64,000 bases of DNA from Raillietiella orientalis. Its lineage: Eukaryota. A model generated the notes under the pieces. That model was given only the letters and a program-made list of their open reading frames with translations. It had not been told where the DNA came from and did no database searches. Location of the stretch: positions 186,001 to 250,000 of the forward strand of contig JAYWIR010000030.1 of assembly GCA_036172245.1 (NCBI GenBank), written 5' to 3'. Below are positions 36,501 to 49,642 of this stretch, in pieces; the first letter of the stretch is position 1; each line of letters opens with the position of its first letter. The position numbers were made by a program, and so were the translations under genes.

Positions 36501-39500
36501 GAAGCTTCAGGGGAGTTCCCCCGCCTACCCCTTCCCACACTCCTCGGAGAGGGAACCCCGCTCAGGGGCGTGCCACTGCGCCGGACTGTGAAAAGGACCT
36601 CCCCCCCCTTGCCGCCCGGCAGGGTGGACGGTGTTCCCCCTCCCACCGTCCACCCTGCCGAATGGGCGACGCATCCGGAGTGGACTCTGATCCGGGATCA
36701 CCCCGTTCCCAGAGGCGTGACCTCCTCTACCTCTTTCCCTGCATCCGTCGTGGGTTGCTGCGTAGACGCGAGCGCTCTCCACTGTGGCCTTCCTAGAAGC
36801 TTGAAGGCACCGTTTTCGATGGCGCTCCCAGAGGCCGAAGAGCTGCCCCGGTCCGACCCAGGGATTCCAGAGGCGCAGAGGTCCCTCCCTCCCCTCCCCT
36901 TCTCCCCCGAAAGGTTCGTCCCGCATCCTCAGCAAGGCTGGTGTGATGACCCCTTTCCTTCGTCCTCCGCCTTCCGCAAGCTCGGACTGGAAGGGACTCC
37001 TGCTGCTCCCCGGGAAGGGCTCCTCCGTTCCAGTGGTCTCTGCCTTCCTCTTCCCTCTCCCCGCCTTCCTGGTCCCGTAGGAGGTGCCTCCTTTCCTTTC
37101 CATGCTCCCCGTGAACGCGGGATGGCTGCTCCCCACCACGAAGGGACCAAGATGGGGAGGGAGGAGATTTCGAAAAAAAGGTGGACCACCACCCCTCGAT
37201 TTCGTAGGGAGACGTGAGAGCGCCCCCCTCAAAGGGCAGCAGCCTTCCCGCCCACGTCCTCTCGACGCCGGAGGGGTGCAGCTGTACTTGGTTGCCCCTG
37301 CAACCATGTTCCTGAGACCACCCATCCCCTCGGGAGGGAAAGGAAATCTCACACGAGAATGCACACCCTTCCTCCTGCATCCTCCAAACCAACGGCACTG
37401 GGGAGTCCGAAACTGCCATCGGGTGGACCCTTCTGAGGATCCTAGGGCAGAGGGAGAGACTCATAGCTTTCTCTCTGTGGACCAGGGTGCTCTTTGGAGG
37501 CACTCCGGTCAAGGCCAGCAGGCCTTCCCGGGTAGCCGGTAACCCTCGCAGGCTCTCCTTTTTTCCCCCACGGTGATCTGGTGCCGGGAAGCTCCTGGAA
37601 AGAGGGAAGGGTGTGTGGGTACTCGCAGTTCCGGGATTTCGAGAGGTCGGCAATCACGGCCACGTGGGTCGGGAAGTAGCTGCGACTTCCTCCCCCTCCT
37701 TACTCCGTCCTCCGGGTCCAGTCGCGTATCCTTGCCCTACGGCAGGGAGAAGGAAAGAGCAGCGCGCCGCTCGCCTTCCTCAATTTTAAGGAGCGCTCCG
37801 GGGCGCGGGGGAGTCAGCCCCTCCCCATTGCCGGAGGATTCGCCCTCAAACGGGAGAGAGGAAGTTGCGAGAGTCGGCTCTCGGGCGTAGGGAGGAAGGG
37901 GGAGAAGGGCGGCGGCTGATTTACAAGGGAACCTCGTCACGAGGGGAGTTGCCCTCCTCGAATGTACTAGGAAAGAAGGGAGGTCTGCTCTCCTCTTTCT
38001 TCCCCCGGTTCCGGGATTGCCCTGGGAACATGGCATGCTGGAGGAGGAAGAGGCTGACCTCTCTCCTCTACCCTTCTTTCTCAGCCGCTCCCTTGCCGAT
38101 CTCCCTCGGAGCGCCAGCGAGCTCCAACGTCCCTCCGCCTAGCCTTCGCTCCAGCCGCCTCTCCTCTTCTTTCTTCGACAGGGGGAGGAAAAGGAAAAGA
38201 GGGAAGCAGAGCCAGGGTCGAAATCCCTCAGGCGAGCACGTCACACCCTGCCCTGATTCTCTAAACAGCAGTCTCCTAGACTGTTGTCACAGCCACGAGC
38301 TTCCAAGGACTCCCAGGGACCACCCGCTGTCCAGTTTCCGGAGTCGCGATCCTCTGCCCTATCCGTGACTGGGATGCAGGGGGGAGGAGGGAGCGGTGCA
38401 ACTGCTACAGACGCGCAGGCTCGGGCTTGGCCGATCGCCGAACGGAGTGGCCAGTTGCGCCTATGCGCCTTCGTCGACGGCAGGGGACAGCATGCGGTTG
38501 CCAAGGCGCCTCGAGACTGAACTCACATGACCGCCGCTGCCGCCGCCGCCTCCGAACCACGAGTGACGGAGGGCGTCTTACGACAGCAGAAGTAGGAGGA
38601 GGGGGGAGAGACGGAAGAACATAGAGAGCCACAACCCTCCTGCACTCCCGTGGAGTCCCACTTCCCCGCAGCTGCTGCCAAGCAACGGAGATTCTGTCTC
38701 CTTCTCCCGGTCCTCTCTCCCTTTTTTTCCCTCTAGAGATGGAACCGCGCGGAAAAGAGGGTCCGTTGCACCCTATGGGGTCCGCGGGGAAAAGAGGATC
38801 CCGTACAGCCGGTACAGCACGGAAAGAGGAGTTTCCTCGAGCCAGGGACGCTTCCGGCGGCGATCACTGGCGTCACTGCTGCAGCCTCTCCCGGCCACCC
38901 CAAGGAGCATCTCCCTTCCTCTGACCTCTCGCCATTTGCCGTTACGTCAGCTCTCCTCCGCTCCCTGAAGGGGGAGGTCCCGATAGGGACTAGGGGGAGA
39001 GGATAGCCTACGGCAGTACTCTTAGACCAGGAGTCGCTTCTTCCCCTAAAGGCTTCCCTCTCATACGCTTCCCGGGTGCTTCGAGGACGTTATGGATGCT
39101 GGAATAGCAGAAAGACCAGTCGTGTTCCTCCAAGATCTCGCAGACTCAATGTGGAGGGAGAGGGGTATGGAGGATAGTTCGCTTTTCCCGTCTGCCCATT
39201 TCGCACGCGCCACGAGCGGCGTCGGCAGCGACAGATGAGGGTGCTGTGCCGCTCCTTTTCGGAGAAGTCGGCACTAAACTCGCACCCCACTGCAAAGGCG
39301 GGGTCCCTCTTTCTCGCAGTCAAAGAAGCCGGTAGCTGAGGGGAAACCCGAAATTCCCGTGACCTAGAAGGTGGAAGAGGAGGAAATGAAGGAAAGGGGA
39401 AGGCAACCACGGCCGCAGGGCGTGAGGAGAGAACCTGCAGAGACCTGCGAGAGGGCGCGGAATCCGAACGGAGGAAGCACGAAGTCCCATTTGGAGACGA

Positions 39501-42500
39501 AGCTCCCTATCGCCGCTTCTCTTCTCCTCCCTTCTTAAGAAAGAAGGCATTTCTTCAAGTGCAGGGGATCGAGCTGCAGACCAGGAGGTCAGGGACAGAG
39601 CAGCCCTCCTCATCCCTTACAATCCCCCTGGAAGAAGAGTCAGAGGATCTCCTCGTCCCTCCGGCGGGGAGCTGGGAGGAAGATGTCGCTGCAGTTTTCT
39701 CTCTGGCTCTGCCGGCGTTTTTTGGGGCTCCACAAGCAAGTCACGGAAAGGAAAGAGGGATCAGGAGTGAGAAGGAGGGTGTTCGCCTCTTTCGAGGCAG
39801 CAGTCCCAATCGCGGGTTTTCCGGGAATCTCTCGGGGGCGCGGCGCGGACTCCAAAACGCGACAGGCGCCTTGAGGACGGGGATGGACAAACTCCAGGGT
39901 GTTGCCTTCCCACCTTCTTCCGGAAAGACCTTTTTCGGTGATGCTGCGAGCGGCAATGCGATGGATGGTCAAAGGCGGTACCCTGACCATTCGGAACGGG
40001 GAACCGACCCTGCATTTGAGGGCATGCAGGAGTGGGCAGCAGGACATAGACAGCTGGAAAGGAGGTATCGAAATTCTAAGGGCGTCGAGAGGGTCTCGCT
40101 GAGGGAGGGAGGGAGGAGGAAGATCGGATGGAAAGAGATCCCCCTGGCAGGTTCCTCCGATGAAGAGGGTCCAATGCAAAGTCGGAGAAAACGGGCGGGA
40201 CCATGGGGACGAAGCTGCAGGGCGATGTCACGATGGTTTCCCGAGAGACGGCAGGCGCAGCATCCGAGAGTTGCGAGGGGAGGCATTGCAGCTCACTGAG
40301 CGATGAAAAAGTCCCTTCTGCAGAGGTGTCTTCGCTACCGACATCATGGAAACCCGGTGCTCCCGCCGTTCAGGACTACTCACCCATTCGTCGAGGGTGG
40401 CCCGCCTTCTCATCAGGGGTCGTCCCTCGTCCCGGAAACGGCACACGGATTACCTCCATCCTGATTTGGTTTAGTCCTCAGCCAATAGGGACGGGCGAGA
40501 AGAGTAGTAGAGAGGGGGGATGACACGTGAATTCGGGACCAGAGACCGACTCTTCATGCGTTTCTTCGTCCTCCCGAGCTTCCCTTCCGGCCCCAGAGAA
40601 GCTCGTTGCGGACTCATTACGAGGGCACGCTGAGAATACGTGACCCCTTGAGGATGGGAGGAACAGGGAAAGGGTGCCCTCCGTCGCGTCCGGTGGAAGC
40701 TGTCCCAGAGTGTTTCTCTCCCGATATGCGGGGCTGGCCGAGATGCTGCACTTCGACTGCGGAGGCCAGGAAAAAGAGATCTTCCCTCTGCCTCTGGTCA
40801 GCGAGGAACTCGGACACTTCTCAGCGACCGGCTCCAAGCACCACCTCGCAGGCGCTCCGGATGCCGATGCTGCCGGTGCGCCGCGCGGCCGCCGAAGAAG
40901 AACTCATTGCCGGTAAGAAGACAGAGGGATAAGGTCACGCATCCCTACTCCCATGTCTATCCTTCGCCTAGGGTACGGGAGGGTGAGAACGCAATGATCT
41001 CCTCCCAAGAGGGAAGATGGGCTGTTCCTGTCTTGCTTACGGATGTCTCAGCCCCAAAACTCTCTCAAACGGGAAGGACAGCGCTGGCGATTTCCTTTTC
41101 CCGACCTCAACGAAGGTCGCGACGAGTCCCGCACATAGCTCCTGACCACCTGCTCCCATCCACAGGTTTTTAGTGGACTCCCCGCGCTCTGAGCCCTCAT
41201 TCCTCCCACCGACCGTCAGCTGAGGCTGCAGTGCTTCCCTCAGGCGCTAACCCTGTGAGGAGTGAGCTCGAAGCAGAGTCATTCCCCCACTCCCCAGCCT
41301 TCTCCCCCGCCCCCTGTCTCTGGCCACTCCACACCCGATTCTGAAAGTACTAGAAAGGAAGAAACGGCAGCGGCCAGAACGTCTTGAGAGGGTTTCGGGA
41401 CCGGGATATCATAGACACCTGCGTCCTTGCTCCCCAGGACTCCGTTCCAATATCCGCTGTTTTTTTTAGCATTCCCTCTACTGGTAGAAAGGGTAGCGAA
41501 GCGTCGTCAGCACTCCGGGGACCTGGAAGACCGCGTCCGCCTGCAGCCTTCTCCTGGAAGGCTTCCTTCAGGACGGAACTTCGGGTCCTTCCTCCCTCCC
41601 TCCAGGAAGGGTTATCGTCTCCCTCTTCCTTTGCTAGGGAGATCAGAGAAATGCATGTCTTTCTTCCTCCTTTCCTTCACAGCCGGTTCCCTTTCTTCCT
41701 GGTACCTTTCCCGAGGGGGGTAGGGAGGGAACTGTTTTTTTTTTTATTTTCCTGATCCCCCGTCTCTTCCCCATGACTTTCCAGCCCTCGTGCTTAACGC
41801 GGGTGGGAGGAGATCATCATGGGATAGGGGAGATTGGAATCAGGAAGCTTTGCGTGAAGGGACCATCCACATCCAGCACCACCACCGTTCGTTCAGACTC
41901 CTTTCGCACGGGAACGACGCCTCCCGAAGCATCTCCCGCGTTTGCGACTTCCCTGAAACCAGCGTAGGATGGCACCCGGCCACCCTCCTTTCCCCCAACA
42001 CCGCTTACGCACCCTCGAAAACTCGGCGGCGGCGGAGGCAGTGACGACACGGGAGAGAACCACGGCTGGAGTCCCGGTGTCGTGAGGCTGAGCAGCAGGA
42101 GGAAGATTAGGTTTCCCGAGTCAAAAGCCAGACTCCCGCTTCGCCCTCCAAGAGTCCTTTTGAAATTACACTCACTTTCGACGACGTTCCAAAGGAAACC
42201 TGTCCCACCACGAACTGGGAAAAAGGGGGAGACGACGAGAAGAAACGAAACAAAACAGAATTTGGGGCATTCACCCTTCCACCCGCCCTCTAGTGCTTCA
42301 GAAACGCCACCTCTGCTCCTCCGTCCGTGACCGGAACAAGTTCCCCGCCCGCAGGTCCCGTCCTTCGAGCCTTGGAAACAGCCTCCGTCCCTGTTGCCTG
42401 CCTTGTGGCGACGCCAGCCAGCCACCTTCCGGACCTCGAAAGACGAGTTCAGGGGCAGGGAGACGTTTCTTGCAGCTTGGGTGCTGAGACGAACCCAAGG

Positions 42501-45500
42501 CTCGGGTCCACGGGAGGCGAGGCGTGCAAGCCGTCGGCGATGGATTGCAACGCACGCAGACGGATTCGAGACGGAGAGCACCGTCGAGATGAGGCTTGCG
42601 AAGCGAGGAACATCCACGTTCTGTTTCAAGGATACCGTGGAAACACTCGGACGCCTTCCGCTCTGAGGGAATGAAATGATCGGAAGAACTAAATGCTCCG
42701 ATGAGTCAGTCGCGCCGTCAGCATCTTTGGGGGAATCGTGATCCGTCTATGAGCCGTGAAACTGCGAATTTTGATTTTCCGATTTTCGGGGGAGGAAGCG
42801 AAAGCGCGTTTCCTTGGTCTTCTTCTTGCGTATCTGGATGAGAGCCTCGCTTCCGCTTTGTTTTATTCCATTCTGTTTTGATTTCAGGCAGCATTCCCGA
42901 GGCAAGAGCGCACCTTCCCGCTTCGTTCTCAAGTGTGAGAATCATGGTAGTTTTAAAGGCGGATGAGGGGAGGGAGGGAGAAGGAGGAGTGGGGGAGGGG
43001 GGGCGAAGAGAAGGGAAGGAAAGAAAAGAAAAAGAAAAAAAAAGAAGCCTAACTATGGCGAGGTGCAAGATTTGGGGGGACGGATTCTTAAAGAAAACTG
43101 TTTTCCTACCGAAATACGTGAGCGCACCTGGAGGAGCGCGCCGTAATTGCTCTTTAACCGTTCTGTTGCGGTAGCCTCAGATCGCACTCCGCATGCGAAG
43201 GGCGTTTTCCACTGCAGCGTATTGCCAGCCACCACCGGCAACCGAAGGTTCCTCTAAAAACCAGCCGAGTGGATCGCGAACTTCGAAATTCATCCACGGG
43301 CTGTGTTCGGAGCCGATTCCCTAGGCCGTCCACAAAACACGCACGGGCGAACCGAACCCTGGATCCAGGAAAAATGCGGGCGAAGGAGGAAGAGGGGGAG
43401 GGAAGAAGGAAGAAAGAAGAGAACGAGTCCGCCTAGGAAGAGACGTTCCGGGAAGCTTCCAGGGACACCCCGCGGTCCCTCCTCCTTGCGGTGGAGCGGG
43501 CGCCCGGCCGTCGGGTGCTCTGACCTGGGAGCCGAGCCATCCCGAATTCGAATTTCACCGCAGGGCTTTCCAAATTAGAGTCCAAACCCCGAGCTCTAAT
43601 TTGGACGCCTTGGGAACCGTGCAAAGCTGCAGATACAGGCGCGCAGTTGCGCACACGCGCGCGAGCGTTGCTGCTCTTGGAGATTGGCAAGGCTTGACAA
43701 CCCGAATAAGAAGAGAAGGCAAGGAAAGGCCGTGGCTCGGATGTGGTGAATGAAAACACGGAGAGGCCGGTGCCAAACAGCAAGCTGCAGCTTTTCCCTG
43801 TTGCACACAGACGCACGCGGGAAAGAGGGCTGGAAGATGCATGGGCTCCAGGATCAAAAAATGATTGCAATCACAGCCTGCAAAAGGAAAAAAAAAAAAG
43901 AAACATCGCAATGGCGGGGTGAGAGGGAAGGAGGAGGTCCGATTAGGAAACGCGGACGACGCAATGGTCGTCGCTGTTTTTTTTTTTTTTTTTTTTCTAT
44001 CTCCCTCCCTCCCCCTTCCTCCGAGCATTGGGCGACCAGTCGACTCTCCACGTCGTTTTGCGAGCTTCGCGGTCGTTCCGAGCAGCAGAGGCTTAAGCTG
44101 CTCATAAAAGTCATACCAAAGAGTATTGCAAAATTATCCGAGACTCGGAAAACACCTCGTTTTTCGGTATACCAAAAATCGATTTCTAATTTCATGCACC
44201 GGGAAGGACAAGCGTGGAAGTCTCTCTCTCCACTATTTTTGAAGCGAAGAACCTGCATCCGGGTAAATTGCTTCTATTGTTCTTGGCTTTCGCTCATCAA
44301 AGGATCAATACAATTCACAGTAGTTTACCCTCCTATTCAAAATCCATACCTTGGCGTGCATAGAAAAATCAGCTGGTCTTTTGCAGAGCTCCCCCACAGT
44401 CCGCCGCAAGAGATTACAGTGGACTCGTGGAAGCATAATCACTATGCCTAGCAGCATCCAATGAACTCCTTGGAGCCATGAAGATCTTGTGCAAGGATTC
44501 GCATTTCTTTCTTCAGGTTCAGAGAGAGTCCGGTCCATGCGCTCCGGTCCGATTGCTAACCGAGCTGCTCTCCCTCTTCGGATGCAATTTCGAGATTTAC
44601 ACGCTTTGTTGGTATTGCACCGACCTGAAGAGCAGAATTCAAAGCAGGGGTCAGAATACCTGAATCTGGAGCGAGGACAAGTCGCTTGTCGTTCTGTAGG
44701 CAGAAAAAAAAACAAAAAAAAAAAAAAAAACAGGAACAGAGAGACGTGATCGTCATGTGTGAGGTCACTTTGCTGAGAAATGAATGCTCGTGCTCGCTGC
44801 TTTGAGAACCGTCCGTCCGCCCAAGAAGTGTACTATTTCGAGCAACGTCAGCAAAGAATTAATTAACGTCAACTAAGACCAATTAAGGATCGCAGCAGTT
44901 GCATCCATTCCTCAGCATGGGTTAGAGGCACGGGCAAGTGAACGAACGACTGACATGGCCAGGTCCAAGATGGCGACCAAAACTGGAGGAAAAAACTGGG
45001 CCCGTCTTCTCGGGTCAGGCGCTAACACTGTCGCTATCCACGACCACTTCCGGAGCATGCAAACTCTCATCTGTCCGCAACCATGGATCTTCTCGAAGTT
45101 CTTATAGGAGCAAAATGCTCAGAATCCAAGAACAGGAAAAGGTTCCGCATCACTCTTATCAGTCTGGAGCAGCGCCGCTCATCCAGTCACACTTCGTCGT
45201 TCCCGGATGCCATTCTGTTGAGCAAGCCACTCTGACCCCTATCGAGCTGAAAAAGCTGGGGGAAAGTTTCTGGCCTGGCGACTCCAGTTCGGGGGACAGT
45301 CCCGCTCTCCAGGCTTTTCCAGAAGTGAACCGAAGCATCCTTTCGTCATCCCGCTTTCTTATGCATCTTCCGCCTCACGGACCGCAAGCCCGTGACCGCT
45401 GTTACGGAGAGCTCCGAATGCCCTCGGCATCCGCCCTTCCGGATCCGCAGCTTCAGGCCGCGAGCCGATCCGTTTGCACAGTTTCGGTGATCCATATCAG

Positions 45501-48500
45501 GTGGAAAGCTGGGTCGTCGTCCGGCAGCGTGACCTTTCCCGTAAACACTGCGGAGCGGAGGTGTGTGCTCTCTCGGGAACGCGTGGTTTCAGGTCGGTTA
45601 CCTCCTTCCGCTTCCTTCTGACGAAATTCTTGGAGGAAGATCCCGGACCGGTAGAGGTTCGCTGGATGACCGGCCTCGGATCTCGGCATCAGCTCTGAAA
45701 GGATCCTTGGCCTTGACCCCCATCCTCTCTACCATCCCGGTTTCTCTCGAGTGGAGGAAGAGTAGAGATGCATTTGAGGACCTGGGAGAAGGGAGATGAG
45801 TCCTGGTCTTCGTCTCTTGGGAGGAAGGGGGGGGGGTAATGTGCACAGACAGGAGGAGCCGGGGGCATCGTCGATTACCCCCTTTTGCCATTTCCCGGCT
45901 CTTCCGCGCCGTGAAGACGGAGCGCGCCTTCCCTCCCTCCTCAAGCGAGCATCCTGTTCTCTCCCCTCCCCATTTTCTCGACCCTCCTTATCCCCCACGT
46001 TTCAGGAGTGCGTGGATGCTCCGGAGTGCTGCCTGCCTGCAAGAAGTCACTGGTTCTTCCCTTCCAGCGAAGAAAGAGGACGCGAGGGTGAGGACGCGGG
46101 AACTGGAGCCGCCCATGTTCTCAGTTGGAAGGAAGGTGCGCGGACCTTCCACAGGGAGGCAGTAGCGGAGAGGAGAGCAAAGTCCTTCTCTCCTTTTTCC
46201 TCCGCTACGGGAGAAGCTCCTCCCGGAGCACGGTGGTTCCTCGCCTGTGGGGGATACCTCGAACTACCTCAGCTAGCACCTTGATTCCTCCCTATCCGCG
46301 GAGGGGGCTGTTTTCCTTCCCCCTTCACCAAGGGCGTCGTGGGGGAGGACGACCCGTCCGAAAGTCGCACGCTCTTCCTCGATCTCAGAGGAAGTGGGGA
46401 AGAGGGTCAGGGAGCAGAGACCGGAAAGGGGCCGCGGAAAAACCCTCGATGGCGATCGGAAAGCGTGAGGACTTTTCAAGCGGTCACCAGCAATGGAGAA
46501 GCTGCGAAGAGGACGCACCTATCCGCTCCCGTCAGCTGCTCTCCCTTTCTCCCTCTTGCAGGGTATCCCCAGTGCCCGTTGCGAGAGGGCCCGTGCGCGG
46601 GAGGAGGGCAAAGGTCTGGGAGAGGGGATGACCGAGTCGGAACGACTCGTGCTGATGACAGCTCCGGACCGTTTTCCTTCCCCACCTCCTCCTCATAATC
46701 GAAAGGTGGTGGCTTGTCGCTGCCGCTGGTGAGAGCAGACGAATTATCAAGTATCGTGGGGGAAGAGGAGGGGAGGAGGGACGGGGAGGGAGGAGGTGTG
46801 AAAGGTGTTTGCGGTCGGAGGGAGGGGGAGGGGAGGGAAGGTAAGTCGCACGGATTTTCGGTGGTTTCCTTTCCCGACAAGCTCAACTTTCGAACGCGCT
46901 CCCCCTCCCTCCTCCTCTCCCTTCCCGAAATCACGATCCGATTGCCTCCCGATGATTGGGAAGTCAAGCGGTCCGGTCACAAGAAGCGGACGTTGTAATG
47001 ACACGTTCCGAGGAGGAAATGAAAGAGTTGCCGTGACTGCTCGAGATTCGCGGAGAAGCGGAATTCGATCGGCTGTTCCTTCCACGGAATTCCTCCCTCT
47101 ACTTCTCCTTTCTCCCCTTTGAGATCGTCAGCTGCCTCTCCTCCTCCTCCTTTATCTCCCACCCCCCGCCCCTCCTTTCCCTGTAACTTTCCTTCGTCGA
47201 CCCGGGGGGAGGGAGGGCGGGGCAGTAGGTAAGGGGAGAGTACCAGGGGCGGGTGGTGGAAACACGATTGAAACCCTTCCCGCCGTTTCTAAGCGGGCTG
47301 GACATACTGGCAGAGATGATAAGGGATGAAGTGCATGCTGAACGGTGCGAATCACCGGCAGAGACCTACCTCACGGGAAGCTGACGTACACGCTTAAACG
47401 AACAAGTGGTTACATATCTATATATACACATACGTACCTAAATATACATGTATGTATTTGTGTGTATTCTAAAAAAAAGGAATCGGTTGTTTGCTTCGAA
47501 TCGCGCCAATCAGATTCGAAGTGCTCCAGTCCAAACAGCAAATTGAACCCACTCATTTATTCCGGAAAATAATAGGGCCTGGAGATCAATTAATTTCTGA
47601 GCCGAATTGATTACGGCGACGCCCGAAGCGAACTTATATGCAAAGTACTGCATCTCGCAATTGTAGATCTTTCCGCAACACTTGCGTGCTTACTAGGCAC
47701 AAATAGCAATGTCCTGACCTACTTATCTTCCTAAGTTAATATCACAAATGGATTCGTGTGAAATGTGTGACAACACGGTTTTCATCTGAATGATGGATTT
47801 TCATTCAATTCCTCCGCTCCCGTGTAGCAAAAATTGAGATCGCATGCACCCAAGCAGAGGTGTGTCCCCGAAGGTGAAGTTTCGCTGCGCAACGACGCTG
47901 TCTCTGTTCGCACCGTGTTTTCCTGCACAGCGAGAACCGTCACAAAGGAACCGAAAGAATTTCGGTCTTCTACCTACGATCTTTCTTTCTTCTTCTTCTT
48001 TTTTTTTGCTTTCCCCACGTCCATTAGGCACCAAGTGATACGGACGCTGGAAACGTGCCACGCGTTCTCCACGCTCCCTCCTTGGGATCGGCTACAGAGT
48101 AAAGAATGGGAAGTAGGGGTCGATGTCGGCTGCTTCTTCTCCAGGAGCAAAAACCCGGACTACTCGTGTTGTGGCCACCGCCTCCTTCCTCCGCAAATGG
48201 ACCTGTGCACAGCAAGGGCGTGCTCGCGCGCATCGCCAGCTGGAGTGGCACCTTCGTCCACCGTATGAAGGACGGAAGAGGCAGTTCGCAGCTCTTCGGA
48301 CGCGCTCTCCAAGCTCACCACCAGATCCCACCGTGGCGTGGCTGGCAGAGGTCCCTCTTCTGCCTTCCATTTTTGGAAGAAGGGGGCAGGGGGTTGGAAG
48401 GGGCAGAGAGGGGGAGAGAGAACGGACAGCAGACGCAAGCCGGGGTGTTATTTTTTTTATTATTATTTTTAATCTGATATTCTTCTTCTTTGGTGCCGTT

Positions 48501-49604
48501 ATTTGTTTGATCATCCAGGCGACGATCGATCCCAGGAAAACAGGACGAAACAGAAGCCGAAGAGCGCCTTCTGGGGAGGAAGGCAGTGCCGTCCGCAGGA
48601 CGAAACACTTCGTCCCTTCCTGGCTCCCACTTCCGATCCGTCCGCCGATTCACGCTCTTTGCAGGGATGGCGGGAACGTCAGAGGGCGAAGGAGGGCTTT
48701 CAGAAGAACGAGCAAGCAGACAGAGAGGCGGACAGATCTGAGGGTGGCAGCATCTTCCGCGTCTAACGGCACGTGGAGCGGAAGCTGCGCTCCGGATGAA
48801 GGCAATGTGGATAAGGTCGTCGATCCCCCTTCCCCTGAGGTAAAGGGATGAGTTCATCACCCCACCCACCCCCACCTCTCTGGCGGGGGGGACGAGTCGC
48901 GTCTCTCCCTCGCTTTCGTCTCCGAACCCTTCTTCCCGGTTCCTTGAGTCGCCCCTCTCCCAGAGATCTCGTCTCACAGGCAGGGAAGCAGGGATGGATG
49001 TGTACCGTGGCGCCTGCCGCCTCCCTCGAGAGCTCACTCCTTCCTCCGGAATGCGTCCTTCGCGCGTCCGGAGGACTACGGTGCTTCTCGGGAGACGCGT
49101 GGTCGAAGGCCGTCTCGGAGAGTGGAATGGTCAAGGAACGTCGCCAGGTCGCACCTTTTTCCTCCTTCGCGCCGCACTGGCCCAGTCGACTGCGCGTATC
49201 CGTTTGCCCCGCCGCGATCCGAGCCTGCGGGCGGGGAGCGATGGAGCATGGGCAGAGGGACGGGGAGGTTTTCCCTGCGGAGGCAGTTCGACCTCGGACG
49301 GGATCGGAGCGCCTTTCCGGGCGAGGGGAAGAATGGCGGCAGGGGGAGAGCAAGGGGCGGGGTCGCCGCGCCGATGGCGTGGAGGCTGCTTTTCCTTCCC
49401 TCCGCGTGTGCGTCTTCACGAGGCACGGAGGGGGAGGAGGGGTGTGTGGACGCTTGCGACTCGCTCCACGCCGGACCACGGACGGACAGACCCGCGACCC
49501 CGCGACGCGTGCGTGCGCGCTCCGCTCTCCTTGCTGCCTCCGTCGCCAGGGTCTTGCGTCTCCTCCGAGCACCACCAGAGGCGCGGGACGCGGTGCATTC
49601 GACA

Positions 49605-49642
49605 GTGACGTCACGCCGAGGGAACGACTCGCACTGACGTCA
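49605..49642. promoter_or_regulatory. Pair of perfect CRE palindromes (TGACGTCA at 49606-49613 and 49635-49642)
   Basis: Seen directly. Further TGACGTCA sites at 35938-35945 and 58720-58727. Function is inferred only. Confidence 0.45.

Noticed and set aside
39860..40290. Possible RTE-type LINE C-terminal remnant (LPTFFRKDLF, VSLRE, WFPERR)
   Set aside because: Similarity is too weak to distinguish from chance without a frameshift-aware search.
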